Shown here: positions 40,232 to 53,478 of the stretch, piece after piece
How the letters are laid out: every line of letters begins with the position of its first letter
Numbering within the stretch: position 1 is the stretch's first letter
DNA from: Octopus vulgaris
Lineage: Eukaryota
Assembly: GCA_951406725.2 (NCBI GenBank)
Contig: OX597816.1
Location: forward strand, 169,198,001 to 169,262,000
Direction of reading: 5' to 3'
DNA length: 64,000 bases
Notes under the pieces: generated by a model
What the model saw: only the letters and a program-made list of their open reading frames with translations
Told to the model about the DNA's origin: nothing
The model's database searches: none
Translations under genes and position numbers: made by a program

Positions 40232-40351
40232 TACAGGGTAAATGTTTTTTAAATTTTCTCCTGGTTTACAGAATTAACTTTTATTTGCGGTTGAAGCTTT
40301 GGCTGTTATTTCTAGTGGGTGAATGGCCTATTATGGCCGTTCCTTGATTGT

Positions 40352-40430
<79 letters not shown>

Positions 40431-41252
40431 CGTTTAAATATTTGTTGTGCAAGATTTTTTATGTGAAGTCGTGTGTTGAAACAGATATTGTTATATTTCG
40501 GAATGGTCATATTGCCAGTTTAGCCAATAAAAACACACGCACTATATATTTGGTGTTATTTTGCTTCAGTGATATTTATTTTTTACATTAATCTTAATCT
40601 TATTTCGGCCAAAGTTCTTTCGTCACACTCCTGTGACCGCATCAGTGGTCCTTTGTTTTCTTCTCACTTACTTGTGTCTCTCCTTACTAACCGTCAGCCA
40701 TTTTGTATTTCTATTGTATGTCTTCATTTGCGCATGCTTATATCTCTATGTGCGTCTATGTTTATTTAGTGTGTGTGTGGGGGGGATGCCTGTAATATTT
40801 GTATCTTCTGGTTATATACATTCTTGTAATTTGTATTTTGTTTTTGTTGTTGTTGCTTTTGTTCTAATTTTGTTCATGTGTTTACATCCACCCATTATCA
40901 TCATTACATATGCTTGTATGTATGTATAACAACAATATTAGTAATAATGATAATAAATCTAATCGAAAAAAAAAAAAAAAAAGAATATACATATACACAT
41001 ATATATATACATACACATACATATACATATATATATACATATATACACACATATATACATATACATATATATACACATATACATATATATAGATATTCAT
41101 TTCTATTTCTTTAATTACCTGTGTATTTATTATGTTTGCAGGATCCACTATTGTCATATGTTGTGGCAATATGACCATTCCGAAATATAACAATATCTGT
41201 TTCAACACACGACTTCACATAAAAAATCTTGCACAACAAATATTTAAACGTA
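40431..41252 (-). mobile_element. HHR-bearing element with ~85-bp inverted tail copy, in (TA)n
   Basis: 40431-40516 is the reverse complement of 41169-41251; HHR-like 40607-40651. Confidence 0.75.
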
Positions 41253-41276
41253 TATATATATATATATATATCTATA

Positions 41277-42789
41277 TACAATTTCAACAATTGAGGGTAA
41301 AATTAATTAATTAATCAATTTCACCAAGTATTCAGTATACAAAGGGACCATTTAAGGCGAATTCAAATTATTACATTATATAAAAGGGCTTAGTAAAATA
41401 AATTACTTTGCCGCATACTGAACTCATTAGAAATAGCAGCTAAAAAAACTTTTTTAAAACTATCTCCAATACTTAAAGAAAATCTCTCTCATATAGTGTT
41501 TGCTCAATTCAACCCACGAAAGTATGAGGGTAGAGACATTAAAAAATCAAATGCAAAGGTTATTTGAGAACGTACTTTTCAAGATTAGTCAAAATCGACA
41601 CTTCTATCATCAGCTCAGAACTCCCTGGTTTGGATTTGAAAACACTGAAAGCGGGAGCATACCCTTTCGGCCTGTTATCGCTTCTGAAGATCTGTTCAAA
41701 ACTAACAGTGTTAGCAAATTCAAATATGCAAACGAAGAATTTCTGCTCTCCCCTTTCCACCAGCGTGGGTTAAAATCAGCAAACACTATGCTTTTTTCGG
41801 TAAAATCCGAGGCATTATATAGAGAGAGATGAATTATAATTTCAACAATTGAGGGTAAAATTAATTAATTAATCAATTTCACCAAGTATTCAGTATACAA
41901 AGGGACCATTTAAGGCGAATTCAAATTATTACATTATATAAAAGGGCTTAGTAAAATAAATTACTTTGCCGCATACTGAACTCATTAGAAATAGCAGCTA
42001 AAAAAACTTTTTTAAAACTATCTCCAATACTTAAAGAAAATCTCTCTCATATAGTGTTTGCTCAATTCAACCCACGAAAGTATGAGGGTAGAGACATTAA
42101 AAAATCAAATGCAAAGGTTATTTGAGAACGTACTTTTCAAGATTAGTCAAAATCGACACTTCTATCATCAGCTCAGAACTCCCTGGTTTGGATTTGAAAA
42201 CACTTTACTAAGCCCTTTTATATAATGTAATAATTTGAATTCGCCTTAAATGGTCCCTTTGTATACTGAATACTTGGTGAAATTGATTAATTAATTAATT
42301 TTACCCTCAATTGTTGAAATTATAATTCATCTCTCTCTATATAATGCCTCGGATTTTACCGAAAAAAGCATAGTGTTTGCTGATTTTAACCCACGCTGGT
42401 GGAAAGGGGAGAGCAGAAATTCTTCGTTTGCATATTTGAATTTGCTAACACTGTTAGTTTTGAACAGATCTTCAGAAGCGATAACAGGCCGAAAGGGTAT
42501 GCTCCCGCTTTCAGTGTTTTCAAATCCAAACCAGGGATTTCTGAGCTGATGATAGAAGTGTCGATTTTGACTAATCTTGAAACGTACGTTCTCAAATAAC
42601 CTTTGCATTTGATTTTTTAATGTCTCTACCCTCATACTTTCGTGGGTTGAATTGAGCAAACACTATATGAGAGAGATTTTCTTTAAGTATTGGAGATAGT
42701 CTTAAAAAAGTTTTTTTAGCTGCTATTTCTAATGAGTTCAGTATGCGGCAAAGTAATTTATTTTACTAAGTCCTTTTATATAATGTAAT

Positions 42790-42790
<1 letters not shown>
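41277..42790. mobile_element. Tandem (558-bp period) plus inverted HHR-bearing element in (TA)n
   Basis: Unit at ~41280 repeated at ~41838 up to 42203; 42204-42790 inverted; HHRs at 41565-41617 (-), 42123-42175 (-) and 42542-42594 (+). Confidence 0.85.
42542..42594 (+). ncRNA. Type-I hammerhead motif
   Basis: TGAG CTGATGA TAGA..TCTT GAAAC GTAC GTT CTCA; palindromic AACGTACGTT. The two minus-strand copies read GAAAAGTACGTT. Confidence 0.65.
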
Positions 42791-42847
<57 letters not shown>

Positions 42848-43119
42848 CATATATATATAAACATAGTGCAGAGTAGTTATCGTAAATAGGTAAAGTCTTT
42901 TACAGCTGTTTCTAGAGTAGTTGAACTTGTAGAGCATTCGTTATTGAGCAAGGATTTCCACGTAAGCCAAGTATTCCGTCATGGGGGTGAAATATGTAAA
43001 GAATATCCTTAGACAAGGATATCTCTTTTCTTAATATACAATATCTGTACATCACTTCAAACACTCTATACATACATACATACATACATACATACATACA
43101 TACATACATACATACATAC

Positions 43120-43230
43120 ATTATTATTATGGCTGCCCCCTCGTTATCGAGTATGGCCATTGCACGAAGCTTAACTGTTACTGGTTTGTGATCGAATGTG
43201 ACTTTTTAGCCCAGCCAAAGATTTACACAT
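43120..43230 (-). mobile_element. RTE/BovB-like 3' end fragment
   Basis: [13 protein letters not shown] then a short UTR and (TAA)n. Confidence 0.5.
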
Positions 43231-43365
43231 ATATAAAGATGTATGTATGTATGTATGTATGTATGTATGTATGTATGTATGTATGTATGTATGTATGTAT
43301 GTATGTATGTATGTATGTATGTATGTATGTATGTATGTATGTATGTATATATATATATATATAAA

Positions 43366-43444
<79 letters not shown>

Positions 43445-43446
<2 letters not shown>

Positions 43447-43847
43447 TCTTTTACTTGTTTCAGTCATTTGACTGCGGCCATGCTGGAGCACCACCTTTAG
43501 TCGAGCAAATCGACCCTGGGACTTATTCTTTGTAAGCCCAGTACTTATTCTATCGGTCTCTTTTGCCGAACCGCTAAGTGACGGGGACGTAAACACACCA
43601 GCATCGGTTGTCAAGCAATGCTAGGGGGACAAACACAGACACACAAACATATACACACACACTTATATATATATACATATATACGACAGGCTTCTTTCAG
43701 TTTCCGTCTACCAAATCCACTCACAAGGCATTGGTCGGCCCGGGGCTATAGCAGAAGACACTTGCCCAAGATGCCACGCAGTGGGACTGAACCCGGAACC
43801 ATGTGGTTGGTTAGCAAGCTACTTACCACACAGCCACTCCCGCGCCT
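43445..43847 (-). mobile_element. CORE-type SINE family A, full length
   Basis: Matches the family; (TA)n flanks. Confidence 0.9.
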
Positions 43848-43921
43848 ATATATATATATATAAAACAGCTGACGGTGACATTGAGGTTCCAACAAACATA
43901 CATACATATATATATACATAT

Positions 43922-43963
<42 letters not shown>

Positions 43964-46368
43964 TCACACACGAATATACAGACCAAAAGTGAATAACGGT
44001 ATAATTCATACCACAGGCCATTCTGAGTTGTTTCTTTTAGCTTATTTATGTTACACACACACGCGCATGCGCGCCCGCATTATAAATAGTTAACGCTAGT
44101 ATTGAACTTTCCCCTCAAACATCATTTCACACCGTGTTCTGTGTTAATATAAAAAGATCTGTGTTGTATACAGAAAGAGAGAGACTAGAGGCATCAAAGG
44201 TAGAGCCGCGTACAAAGAAAGTGGATGGAAGAAAGTTATTGAAAAAAAAAAGGTTATAATTTATCAAATAGAAACAGAGTTAAGACTTTTAATAAGGAGA
44301 ACAAGACAAATATAAAAGAACTGGGTTGGGTTAAACATTGTGTGTGATCCTTTGCAGCAAAGGTGTTTGAAATGCCAGGGATAGTATTGATTAATATAAC
44401 TTTTAAACTGCAAGGATTATGATATCATTTCGGTGTATCATTTCCCCAGCAAAAGCCAAACGATAATTTGAGCTTAACTCACCAACGTTGAGAAAGCCGT
44501 CGCTATTTGTACAATGCTTTTATTGATTAGAGGAGTGAACTTTACTGCAATGTGATATCTATTACAAGTAATCCATATTACCAATGGTAGCCATTTGTAG
44601 CTTGGATGAAGACTATGTCATCAGGAATTAAGTATTTTTATCGGAGAATCAGAGCAGCGTCTGTGACAGGATACCCAACTACACTAACGATTTGACTAGA
44701 GAAGCGAGTGTTGACGCTACAAAATTTGTTAGGAAATATGAAATAAATCTCGAGCGCTGATTCGATAGAAATGATAAAGCAATTGATTATGTGTCTAAGA
44801 GTATTTAGCTCCAACCGTGTACATGCTGAGTTTAAATCCCGCAGAGATTAGCCTATACATTTCTTCACATTAGGGTTGATAAAATAATATCAGGGTCAAT
44901 TGAATAGATAAATTGCTACCAAAGACGAGAAAATCCAAATGGTGTGTGTTTTAGTTAAAGAAATAAGATACTGCATTATGCATAATAATGGAATTCAAAG
45001 TTTAGAAATCTGTGAATTTATGTAGTTACATAATGTTTAGTATAACTTCAGAATATATCAAATGTTTCTGTCTCTTAATATCCTCACACCTTCATTATTG
45101 AGCAGACAGCGTTATGTGAGCTGCTGGCGATGTTATTGCTAAAAAAAACTGTCGCATTTAATTGGCTCCCAAGTTGGATCGGGTCAAACAGGCTGATAAT
45201 CAAAGGTAGCCTACTCGTGATCAGCAAATTCTTAGGTCGATATCATCTAGTGTGAGTCTCTGTAAACATGGCAGAGAATCAATGGAAGAGATTTGGTTGC
45301 TAATTTTAGCAGGCGACGAAATAAAGGATCTCTCATTGGCTGCTGACAATGGTTTCATGAAAGAGAAATAAATGAAATATTGGCTTCAAATTTTGGCACA
45401 AAGCCAGCGACTTTGGGGAAGAGGTAAGTCGATTGCATCGACACCGATACTCAACTGATACTTATTTTATCGGACCCGAAAGGATGAAGAGCAAAGTCGA
45501 CATCGGCGGAATTTGAACTCAGAATATAAGGGCGGACGAAATGCCTCTAAGAATTTCGGCCGATGTGCTAAAGATTCTGCCAGCTCACCGGAGTTTTTGA
45601 AGTTCGTAATTGTATTTTTGATTTCTTCATTAATGTTTGAGTATAATGAGATATTAGTTGGCAACTAAGGAGAATTGTTGGGAATTGCCTTCTAAGTGGT
45701 TGAGGTAGCTAGATATGTAGACCAGAAAGTGTTCCGGATTGTGTTTTTAAAAACATTTCTTGAATTATTGCCAAATGAATGTTGTGTGATTAAAAATCTT
45801 TTAGTTTCTTGAAGGAACTTTTAGACTGCTAATGGAAGCTCTACGTTCTCGTTCCCCTTGCCAAAATTAAGCCCAAATCTTCTCCAGATTTTATCCAACT
45901 GACTTTGAGTGAATAATCCTGAATGAATTAATCCTGACTATAAAGTTAGAAAAAATGACGGCGTGGTCGCAGCTTGCTTGCCAATCAAATATATTTTCTC
46001 TATTGGACTTCCTCAGATTAGAAAAGAAACGGCGTCTCTGTCTGCAAAGACCTCCCAAAAAGCAGATGTTATCCAAAATACTAAAAAAAAACACACAATC
46101 AAACACACCATTTGGCATAACTTCATATAAACACAAGAATTTCTGAAACAATAACAAAGACAAAAGCAGTTACAGAAGAGAAAAACAAAAGAGAAAAAAA
46201 AAACAAGCAAAAAACGAAAACAAAACCACAAAATACCACGTCAGCGTCAATTCTCCTGACAAAATACACTAAATATCATGCTTCACACATAGCAGGGACA
46301 TTAAAATGCAGTGTCGTAGTTGTTAGGTTCAGTCTCAGGTAGGTTTAATCATCTTATATCATTCTGTT

Positions 46369-46672
46369 GGAGGCGCAATGGCCCAGTGGTTAGGGCAGCG
46401 GACTCGCAGTCGGAGGATCGCGGTTTCGATTCCCAGACCGGGCGTTGTGTGTGTTTATTGAGCGAAAACACCTAAAGGCTCCACGAGGCTCCGGCAGGAG
46501 GTGGTGATCCCTGCTGTACTCTTTCACCACTCTTTCTCTCACTCTTTCTTCTGTTGGCCTGCTCGCTTAGCCAGCGGGGTGGCGTCATTCGAAGGCTAAA
46601 ACAATGCAAACGCATTGTGACCAGCGATGTGTAGCAACATCTGATGGTCTGGTCGGTCACGTGATCACGGTG
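46369..46672 (+). mobile_element. SINE head B with tail 2, full length
   Basis: GGAGGCGCAATGGCCCAGTGG head; distinct tail; 13-bp TSD ATATCATTCTGTT. Confidence 0.9.
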
Positions 46673-47394
46673 ATATCATTCTGTTATGATTCTATTGATT
46701 ATTCAAGTTACATTTTAAGGATCGATTCCAACGCTTGACAATATTTTATCACTTCTCTTCGCTGCTACGGAATAAGGCTTCGACGATTCGACACCACTCA
46801 GACATCTGTAGCAAGTGTCAGTGCCTTGACCAATCTAACCTGACCAATACGTTTTGCTCAGATGGTCTTCAGCTGTTTTATGCCAGACGTATGTTGTTCC
46901 TTGATTGAATCGATCTAAGGTGAAACGCATTCAAGCCATTGCACTCGGCATTTCATTCAATCATAGTGTAACGGAGACCACATTGTACAATGTGTGTGTG
47001 TGTGTGTGTGTGTGTTTTCCAACAGATTGTGAAGTAAGGATGAAATGAGATTTTAGTTGCTATTTCTAGAACTTAGATGTTCTATCGTGGACTGAAAAGA
47101 TATCTTTTCTGTTTGGCTTCACTTTTTGAAATTTCCAAATTAAGTGAAAATGTTTAGAATTGGTATTATACACAAGGTTTAGGCTTTTCAGAGGTACATC
47201 CCCACTAAAAATCCCCTGCGTATTATACTCAAGGGCAGACTATACTCGAGGATTTACGGTACCTGTCAACTGCTGTTGGAAGATGGCAGGGGTTCACTCC
47301 CCTGCCTACAATATATATTAGATGCAGATCGCATCGAATAACCAGCTGAGGAGGCGTGACAATAAACATCACTTCTCAGTATAGTTATTGCTTT

Positions 47395-47770
47395 TATCTC
47401 TTTACTCTTTACTCTTTTACTTGTTTCAGTCATTTGACTGCGGCCATGCTGGAGCACCACCTTTAGTCGAGCAAATCGACCCCGGGACTTATTCTTTGTA
47501 AGTCCAGTACTTATTCTATCGGTCTCTTTACATATATGTGTGTGTGTGTGTGTGTGTTTGCGCGCGCGCGCCTTTGTGTCTGTGTTTGTCGTCCACCATC
47601 GCTTGACAACCGGTGTTGGTGTGTTTACGGGGATAATCTAACGGTTCAGCCAGTAGACCGATTGAATAAACTACCAAAAAATAAATAAGTTTTGGGGTTG
47701 ACTCATTCGACTAAAAGTTCTTCAAAGAGGTGCCCCAGCATGACTGCAGTCTAATGACTGAAACAGATAA
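47395..47770. mobile_element. Two family-A SINE 3' halves in opposite orientation
   Basis: 47395-47530 on the minus strand; ~47560-47770 on the plus strand (older). Confidence 0.7.
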
Positions 47771-47818
47771 TAGAAAAAAGGGTAGAGAATTAAATTCATG
47801 GCATTCTGAAAATGTTCC

Positions 47819-48232
47819 GGATTTTTTTCGGTTTGAACGGCAGTTTTTAACATAATTTCTAGGTAACTAAAAAATTTTAAACTTCGTATACTGGTAGAAT
47901 GTGTTTATAAAACATCTTTTTCTCTTGGCTTTATTGAGAAAATTCTATAGTTTGTAAGATATTTGTTGTTGTTTTTCTTCAATTTCTGCAATTTCAACCA
48001 ATCACTGACGTCTATTGAGATGAAAACATTCTGTGCCGTATGAATATGTCCCTCGTTTAAGAAACAGATTGGGTTTATTTACATTTGTGAAGAGAAAGAT
48101 ACCCTTCCCCCACCCCTAACCCTAACCCTAAAACAGATTGAAATGCAATAGATCGATTCTAGGGTCATAATTATGGGTGACAATTTCATATGACACCGCT
48201 AGAAAAGACTGCCGTTCAAACCGAAAAGATCC
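47819..48232. mobile_element. MITE (GGATC TIR family)
   Basis: TIRs; 8-bp TSD AATGTTCC; (CCCTAA)3. Confidence 0.9.
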
Positions 48233-48304
48233 AATGTTCCCATTCTTTAAGAGCGAGGATGGAAGTTTATGTTTCAGAGTCACAATTTTTTTCTCTCGAT
48301 ATTC

Positions 48305-48700
48305 CTTTCTATTGTAGGCACAAGGCCTGAAATTTTGGGGGAGAGGGCCAGTCGATTAAATCGACCCCAGTACGCAACTGGTACTAATTTATCGACCCCG
48401 AAAGGTTGAAAGTCAAAGTCGACCTCGGCGGAATTTGAACTCAGAACGTAATGACAGACGAAATACCTATTTCTTTATTACCCACAAGGGGCTAAACACA
48501 GAGCGGACAAACAAGGACAGACATAGGTATTAAGTCGATTACATCGACCCCAGTGCGTAACTGGTACTTAATTTATCGACCCCGAAAGGATGAAAGTCAA
48601 AGTCGACCTCAGCGGAATTTGAACTCAGAATGTAAAGACAGACGAAATACTGCTAAGCATTTCGACCAGCATGCTAACGGTTCAGCCAACTTGCCTCCAT
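48305..48700 (-). mobile_element. Meta-type SINE dimer with two different tails
   Basis: Core at ~48350-48467 and ~48530-48700. Confidence 0.8.
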
Positions 48701-49340
48701 TACAGTTACTGACGCTGATGTTGATGGTTTTGCTGTGTCGAAAATAAAAGCGTTTGTTTTGAATAATTTATTTCCGTCATCTGTCGACGCTCGACTATTA
48801 CTGTGAGTTCAGCTGGTGTAAAAACAGGAAGTTTACTACTAATAAATCGCTGGTTCACACCCCAACCCTCATTCTTTCAATCAGTTTCTTTAAATACTTT
48901 TCTCGAGTTCCTGTTTTCATCCCATCAGGTCATTCACTCGTTTATTGAATCGGAAATACATTTTTTTTTTTTGCTTTCGTTTTTGTTTGTTTCTTTCAGT
49001 CAGTAACTACAAAGCAGGTGAAGAAAATGAAGAAAAGGGGAATACGATATCAGAAACAACAGCAGTAACAGCAACCTCAAAACCAAGAATGACAACAATG
49101 GTAGCAACAACAATCAGTCGGCCCATCCTTATATTGATCACTGCAAATTTGAAAAGCTTTTTGTTCGCTGCGAAATGTTGCTGGATCCTTTTGTAAATAT
49201 ATAAAGTGAGGTATGGAAAATAACTCAAGTGGGTCCAAAGTTTGAATTTAGCTCAGTGTTTTTCAACCTTTTCGTCGCTACCATGCCGCACGTCGATTTT
49301 CAAAAAACAGTGTGTACTAACATGAAAGGACAAGGTTAGT

Positions 49341-49442
<102 letters not shown>

Positions 49443-49495
49443 ACACAGACACAAACACACACACAAACACACACACACACATACACACACAGACA

Positions 49496-49538
<43 letters not shown>

Positions 49539-49627
49539 CTGTGTATGTGTGTATGCATATATGTATATATGTGTATGCTTGTGTATTGTGCGTGCGTGCA
49601 TGCGCGTGTGTGTATGTGTGTATGTGT

Positions 49628-49669
<42 letters not shown>

Positions 49670-49671
<2 letters not shown>

Positions 49672-50130
49672 CCAACGGATGCAAGTGGGCCGCTCCCGTC
49701 GCTTGACAGTTCCTCTATGACTGTCCTCCTGGGACGACATCGACCGGTTCCAAGCACCTCATTGTTAAGCTTGACATGAAAAATGCTTTCAACTGTCTTT
49801 GCTGTGACCACTTGCTCCAAGCCTATTATAGCATTTTAAAAATGTGATCTACCTACCGCTGGCTTACTTGTCGTACGGCGTTCTGAGCATGCTCCTCACC
49901 TCAGATAAGGTTATACCCATTTCTTTATTACCCACAAGGGGCTAAACACAGAGGGGACAAACAAGGACAGACATAGGTATTAAGTCGATTACATCGACCC
50001 CAGTGCATAACTGGTACTTAATTTATCGACCACGAAAGGATGAAAAGTAAAGTCGACCTCGGCGGAATTTGAACTCATCTTTGACTGGTGTTCAACAGGC
50101 TGATCCATTGGTACCTGGATGATGCGTCGA
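49670..50130 (+). pseudogene. CRE-clade RT remnant interrupted by a family-M SINE (49918-50076, minus)
   Basis: Manual translation gives VKLDMKNAFN, LAYLSYG, TGVQQADPL, YLDDA. Confidence 0.6.
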
Positions 50131-50529
50131 CAAGTAGAGTAATTTCTAGATAAAAAAAAAGTCAGTTTGCGTCATAAGCATGCAAAATTATATCAGAACT
50201 ACAATTATTTGAAAATAATCTGGTGAAAATTCGAAAAACTTAAAGTGGTTGGAAGAAACCTTTCTCTGCATTTGAAGTCACAATTTCGGTACAACAGACA
50301 TATCGCAAGAAAGAATCGCTTAAAACAACAGCTAAATCTCCCTTAATCACATATTTTTTTGCATAACCGTATGAATTCCTGCTTGTAGAACACTAATTTT
50401 CCAAACATTTCTAAAAATTCTAAAAGGTAGAAAAAAAAGTTATGATGTGTTGTATGGGGTGCTTAGATCAGAATTCCGCCACTTTTTTTTTTTTATCAAT
50501 TTCTGGAAAATAATTGCAAAACTACGGAA

Positions 50530-50970
50530 TATGCCATCAAAGTGACTGACACTGGGGTAAAATATACGAAGCCTAGTATATCCATCATGACTACCCGTCT
50601 GATTAGGGTACACCAGGCACATGCATCACAACCATATGTGCGTGACATGGTGATCTCATATCAAGATAAACAGCACATGATCTTGCAGGTGGGGCCCAGT
50701 TAGAATTTTCTTCTGGTCGAGTAACCCATCCCACTCAAAAGGTCCCTGAATAAGGGTTGTTTAAGGATGTTGAACGAAACATCCATGTTTCTAGAGGTGA
50801 ATTATTCAAACCCCTAAAGAATCCATCTCAACGAATGGCTATGATGCTCCCCCACTACTTCTGCTTGTGATCAGAGATACACATATCGTCAGCCACTACG
50901 GAACATGTTCCACTGGTTAAGGTCAAACAACTGACAAGCAAATATGTGGTATTGAGCAGAATATTTGTTG
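50530..50970 (-). mobile_element. Non-coding interspersed repeat, probably a (TAA)n-associated retroposon
   Basis: Near-identical to 51700-52105; fragment at ~17340-17422. Confidence 0.7.
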
Positions 50971-50979
50971 AGAAAGAGA

Positions 50980-51330
50980 ATTATTATTATTGTTGTTGTT
51001 ATTTATTGCCTTAGCACACCTTCTAACGCTGGAGATTTACGGTGCCTGTTGTTCATTACCAGTGAACTAAGGTAACACCCTTAATTTTCGAGCACCATCT
51101 GGAGAATGCGAGCGGTTCCAAGCAGTGCTATTTTCTGCGAGTGCTCCACCCTTACTGCAACCCCTATTTGTTCCAAGTACTTCTCAAGATTTTTACTCAC
51201 TGTTCCCTGGGTTCCGACAATTATTGGTACTACTACCACCTTTTTCAGCGACCACAACTGCTTCACCTCCCAAGATAACCTGCCATATCTATCGACTTTT
51301 CTCAAATTCTATGCAATATTTTCTATAAGT
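50980..51330 (-). mobile_element. R4/Dong-clade LINE 3' end (restriction-like endonuclease C-terminus)
   Basis: KVDRYGRLSWEVKQLW..VVVVPIIVGTQGTV..QKIALLGTARIL; UTR ends in (CAA/TAA)n. Confidence 0.8.
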
Positions 51331-51699
51331 ATTTCCTTTTGTTCACTTTCTTTTTCATATGAATCGATCCCCGCTCCGTCTGCGTGTGTATAGATCATAG
51401 TGTACCTTTGCGCGTATGTACGTGCGGGTACATACATACATAAATATGCAATTGTGCGTGTGCGCTCGCGTGTACATTGATGGATTCGAGGGTTTTGTTT
51501 ATGCACGAGTTGATTTCTAAATTTTACCTGAGTACATATACCTATAATGGTGATACATAAAAAAAAATATTCAGTTTAATTAAAAAGCATGGGTAAGCAA
51601 CACATTGTAAGCCACTCTAAAATTTGCGAAAAACTTTATCTGCGCGTAGGGTGTGCATCGCCCCTTCAGTGCATTTTTCCAATTATTATTATTATTATT

Positions 51700-52105
51700 G
51701 AGTGAGAGAGCTGTTCATGCCATCAAAGTGACACTGGGGTAAAATATACGAAGCCCAATCACGACTACCCGTCTGATAAGGATACACTAGGCACATGCAT
51801 CACAACCATATGTGCGCGACATAGTGATCTCATATCAAGGTAAACAGCGCATGACCTTGCAGGTGGGGCCCAGTTAGAATTTTCTTCAGGTCGAGTAGCC
51901 CATCCCGCTCAAAAGGTCCCTGAATAAGGGTTGTTTAAGGATGTTGAAAGAACCACCCATGTTTCCAGAGGTGAATTATTCAAACCCCAAAGAATCCCTC
52001 TCAACACATGGCTATGATGCTCCCCCACTACTTCTGCTCGTGATCAGAGATGCACATATCGTCAGCCACTAAGGGACATGCTCAACTGGTTAAGGTCAAA
52101 CAACT
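51700..52105 (-). mobile_element. Non-coding interspersed repeat within (TTA)n
   Basis: Second copy of 50530-50970; (TTA)n on both sides. Confidence 0.7.
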
Positions 52106-52107
52106 AA

Positions 52108-52198
<91 letters not shown>

Positions 52199-52347
52199 TA
52201 GGCTTATATTTTACTTTACGTTCCTTAAAGAAGCTTAAATCTTTACAATTTGTGAAGACATTAAATATTGTTGAAAATTAACGTGAAAGACGTGATAATT
52301 TTACTGCTAAAGATTTTTTGACTTCACAAAGTGAAAGAGCGTACAGA

Positions 52348-52640
52348 AGGGCCGACCAAAGCCTTGTGAGTGGATTTGGTAGACGGAAACTGAACGAAAC
52401 CCGTCGTATATATGTATGTGTGTGTATATGTTTGTGTGTCTGTGTTTGTCACCCCAGCATCGCTTGACAACCGACACTGGTGTGTTCACGTCCCCGTAAC
52501 TTAGCAGTTCAGCAAAAGGAACCGATAGAATAAGTACTAGGCTTACAAAGAATAAATCCTAGGGAAGATTTGCTCGACTAAAGGCGGTGCTCCAGCATAG
52601 CAACAGTCAAATGACTGAAACAAGTAAAAGAGTAAAAGAG
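52348..52640 (+). mobile_element. CORE-type SINE family A, 5'-truncated (another at 53258-53547, minus)
   Basis: Body and tail match the family. Confidence 0.85.
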
Positions 52641-53434
52641 TAAGGACATAATGGTATGACGTGTGGTTTCAATTGCTTGTATACAATATATTTATTTTTA
52701 TGAAGTTCTTTCAAAGTTAGTTTCCTTTGAAATAGCTAAATTAAAATATTAGGATAATGAATTTATTAGAGAGTGCTGTGAAAAGTAATACATTAATTTG
52801 TGACTGATTTAAATAGCGATTACTAGAAAGTTCTCATCTTAAGCAGAGGATGAAGATGCTTGTTTTTGGAAGAATGCTCAATCTTCCATGAAACATGCTG
52901 GAGTTTATTTTTCCTTATTTCTTTTGCATGAGAAAAAAAGGGGGAAAATCGTCCCTTTTTCTAATTTTCAGATACACGCTGTTTGTGTATAAAATTTTTT
53001 AATAAGTAATTAATCCCGCATCTAACTGAAATATGGCACCCCGTTTCAATTATAATCATTTCAGCTACGTACGAAAGATCATATAGAAGGGCCGACCAAA
53101 GCTTTGTGACTGATTTAAATATCGAATGTTTGTGGAATTTTCTTCATTGTCATATTCGTTGTCAGAGGAGGCCTCCAACAAGCCATGTAGCTTGTCGGAA
53201 ACAAACTCCTTATTTTTCTGTGTGCAAAGAGAATAAAATTCACATTTATTCATATAATTGTTTCAGTTATTTGACTGCGGCCATACTGGAGCACCGCCTT
53301 TTAGTCAAATAAATCGACTCCAGGACTTATTCTTTGTAAGCCTAGTACCTATTCTATCGGCTAAGTTACGGGAACGTAAACACACCAACATCGGTTATCA
53401 AGCGATGGCGGAGGAAAGAGATAGATACACAAAT

Positions 53435-53478
<44 letters not shown>

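Larger units (their letters stand above)
39510..40355 (+). mobile_element. Head-to-tail 492-bp repeat (1.7 units), one HHR per unit; retrozyme/pLTR-like
   Basis: 39510-39863 repeated at 40002-40355 with about 2 substitutions; ends in (TA)n. Confidence 0.85.

Noticed and set aside
41500-42659. 110-aa ORF present twice (41500-41832 +, 42327-42659 -)
   Set aside because: Non-ATG start, antisense to the HHR and no recognisable motif; its conservation reflects recent duplication.
42895-42990. GAAACAGCTGTA (minus), a typical PLE HHR 3' half
   Set aside because: The matching CUGANGA half is not recognisable in this copy, so it was not counted.
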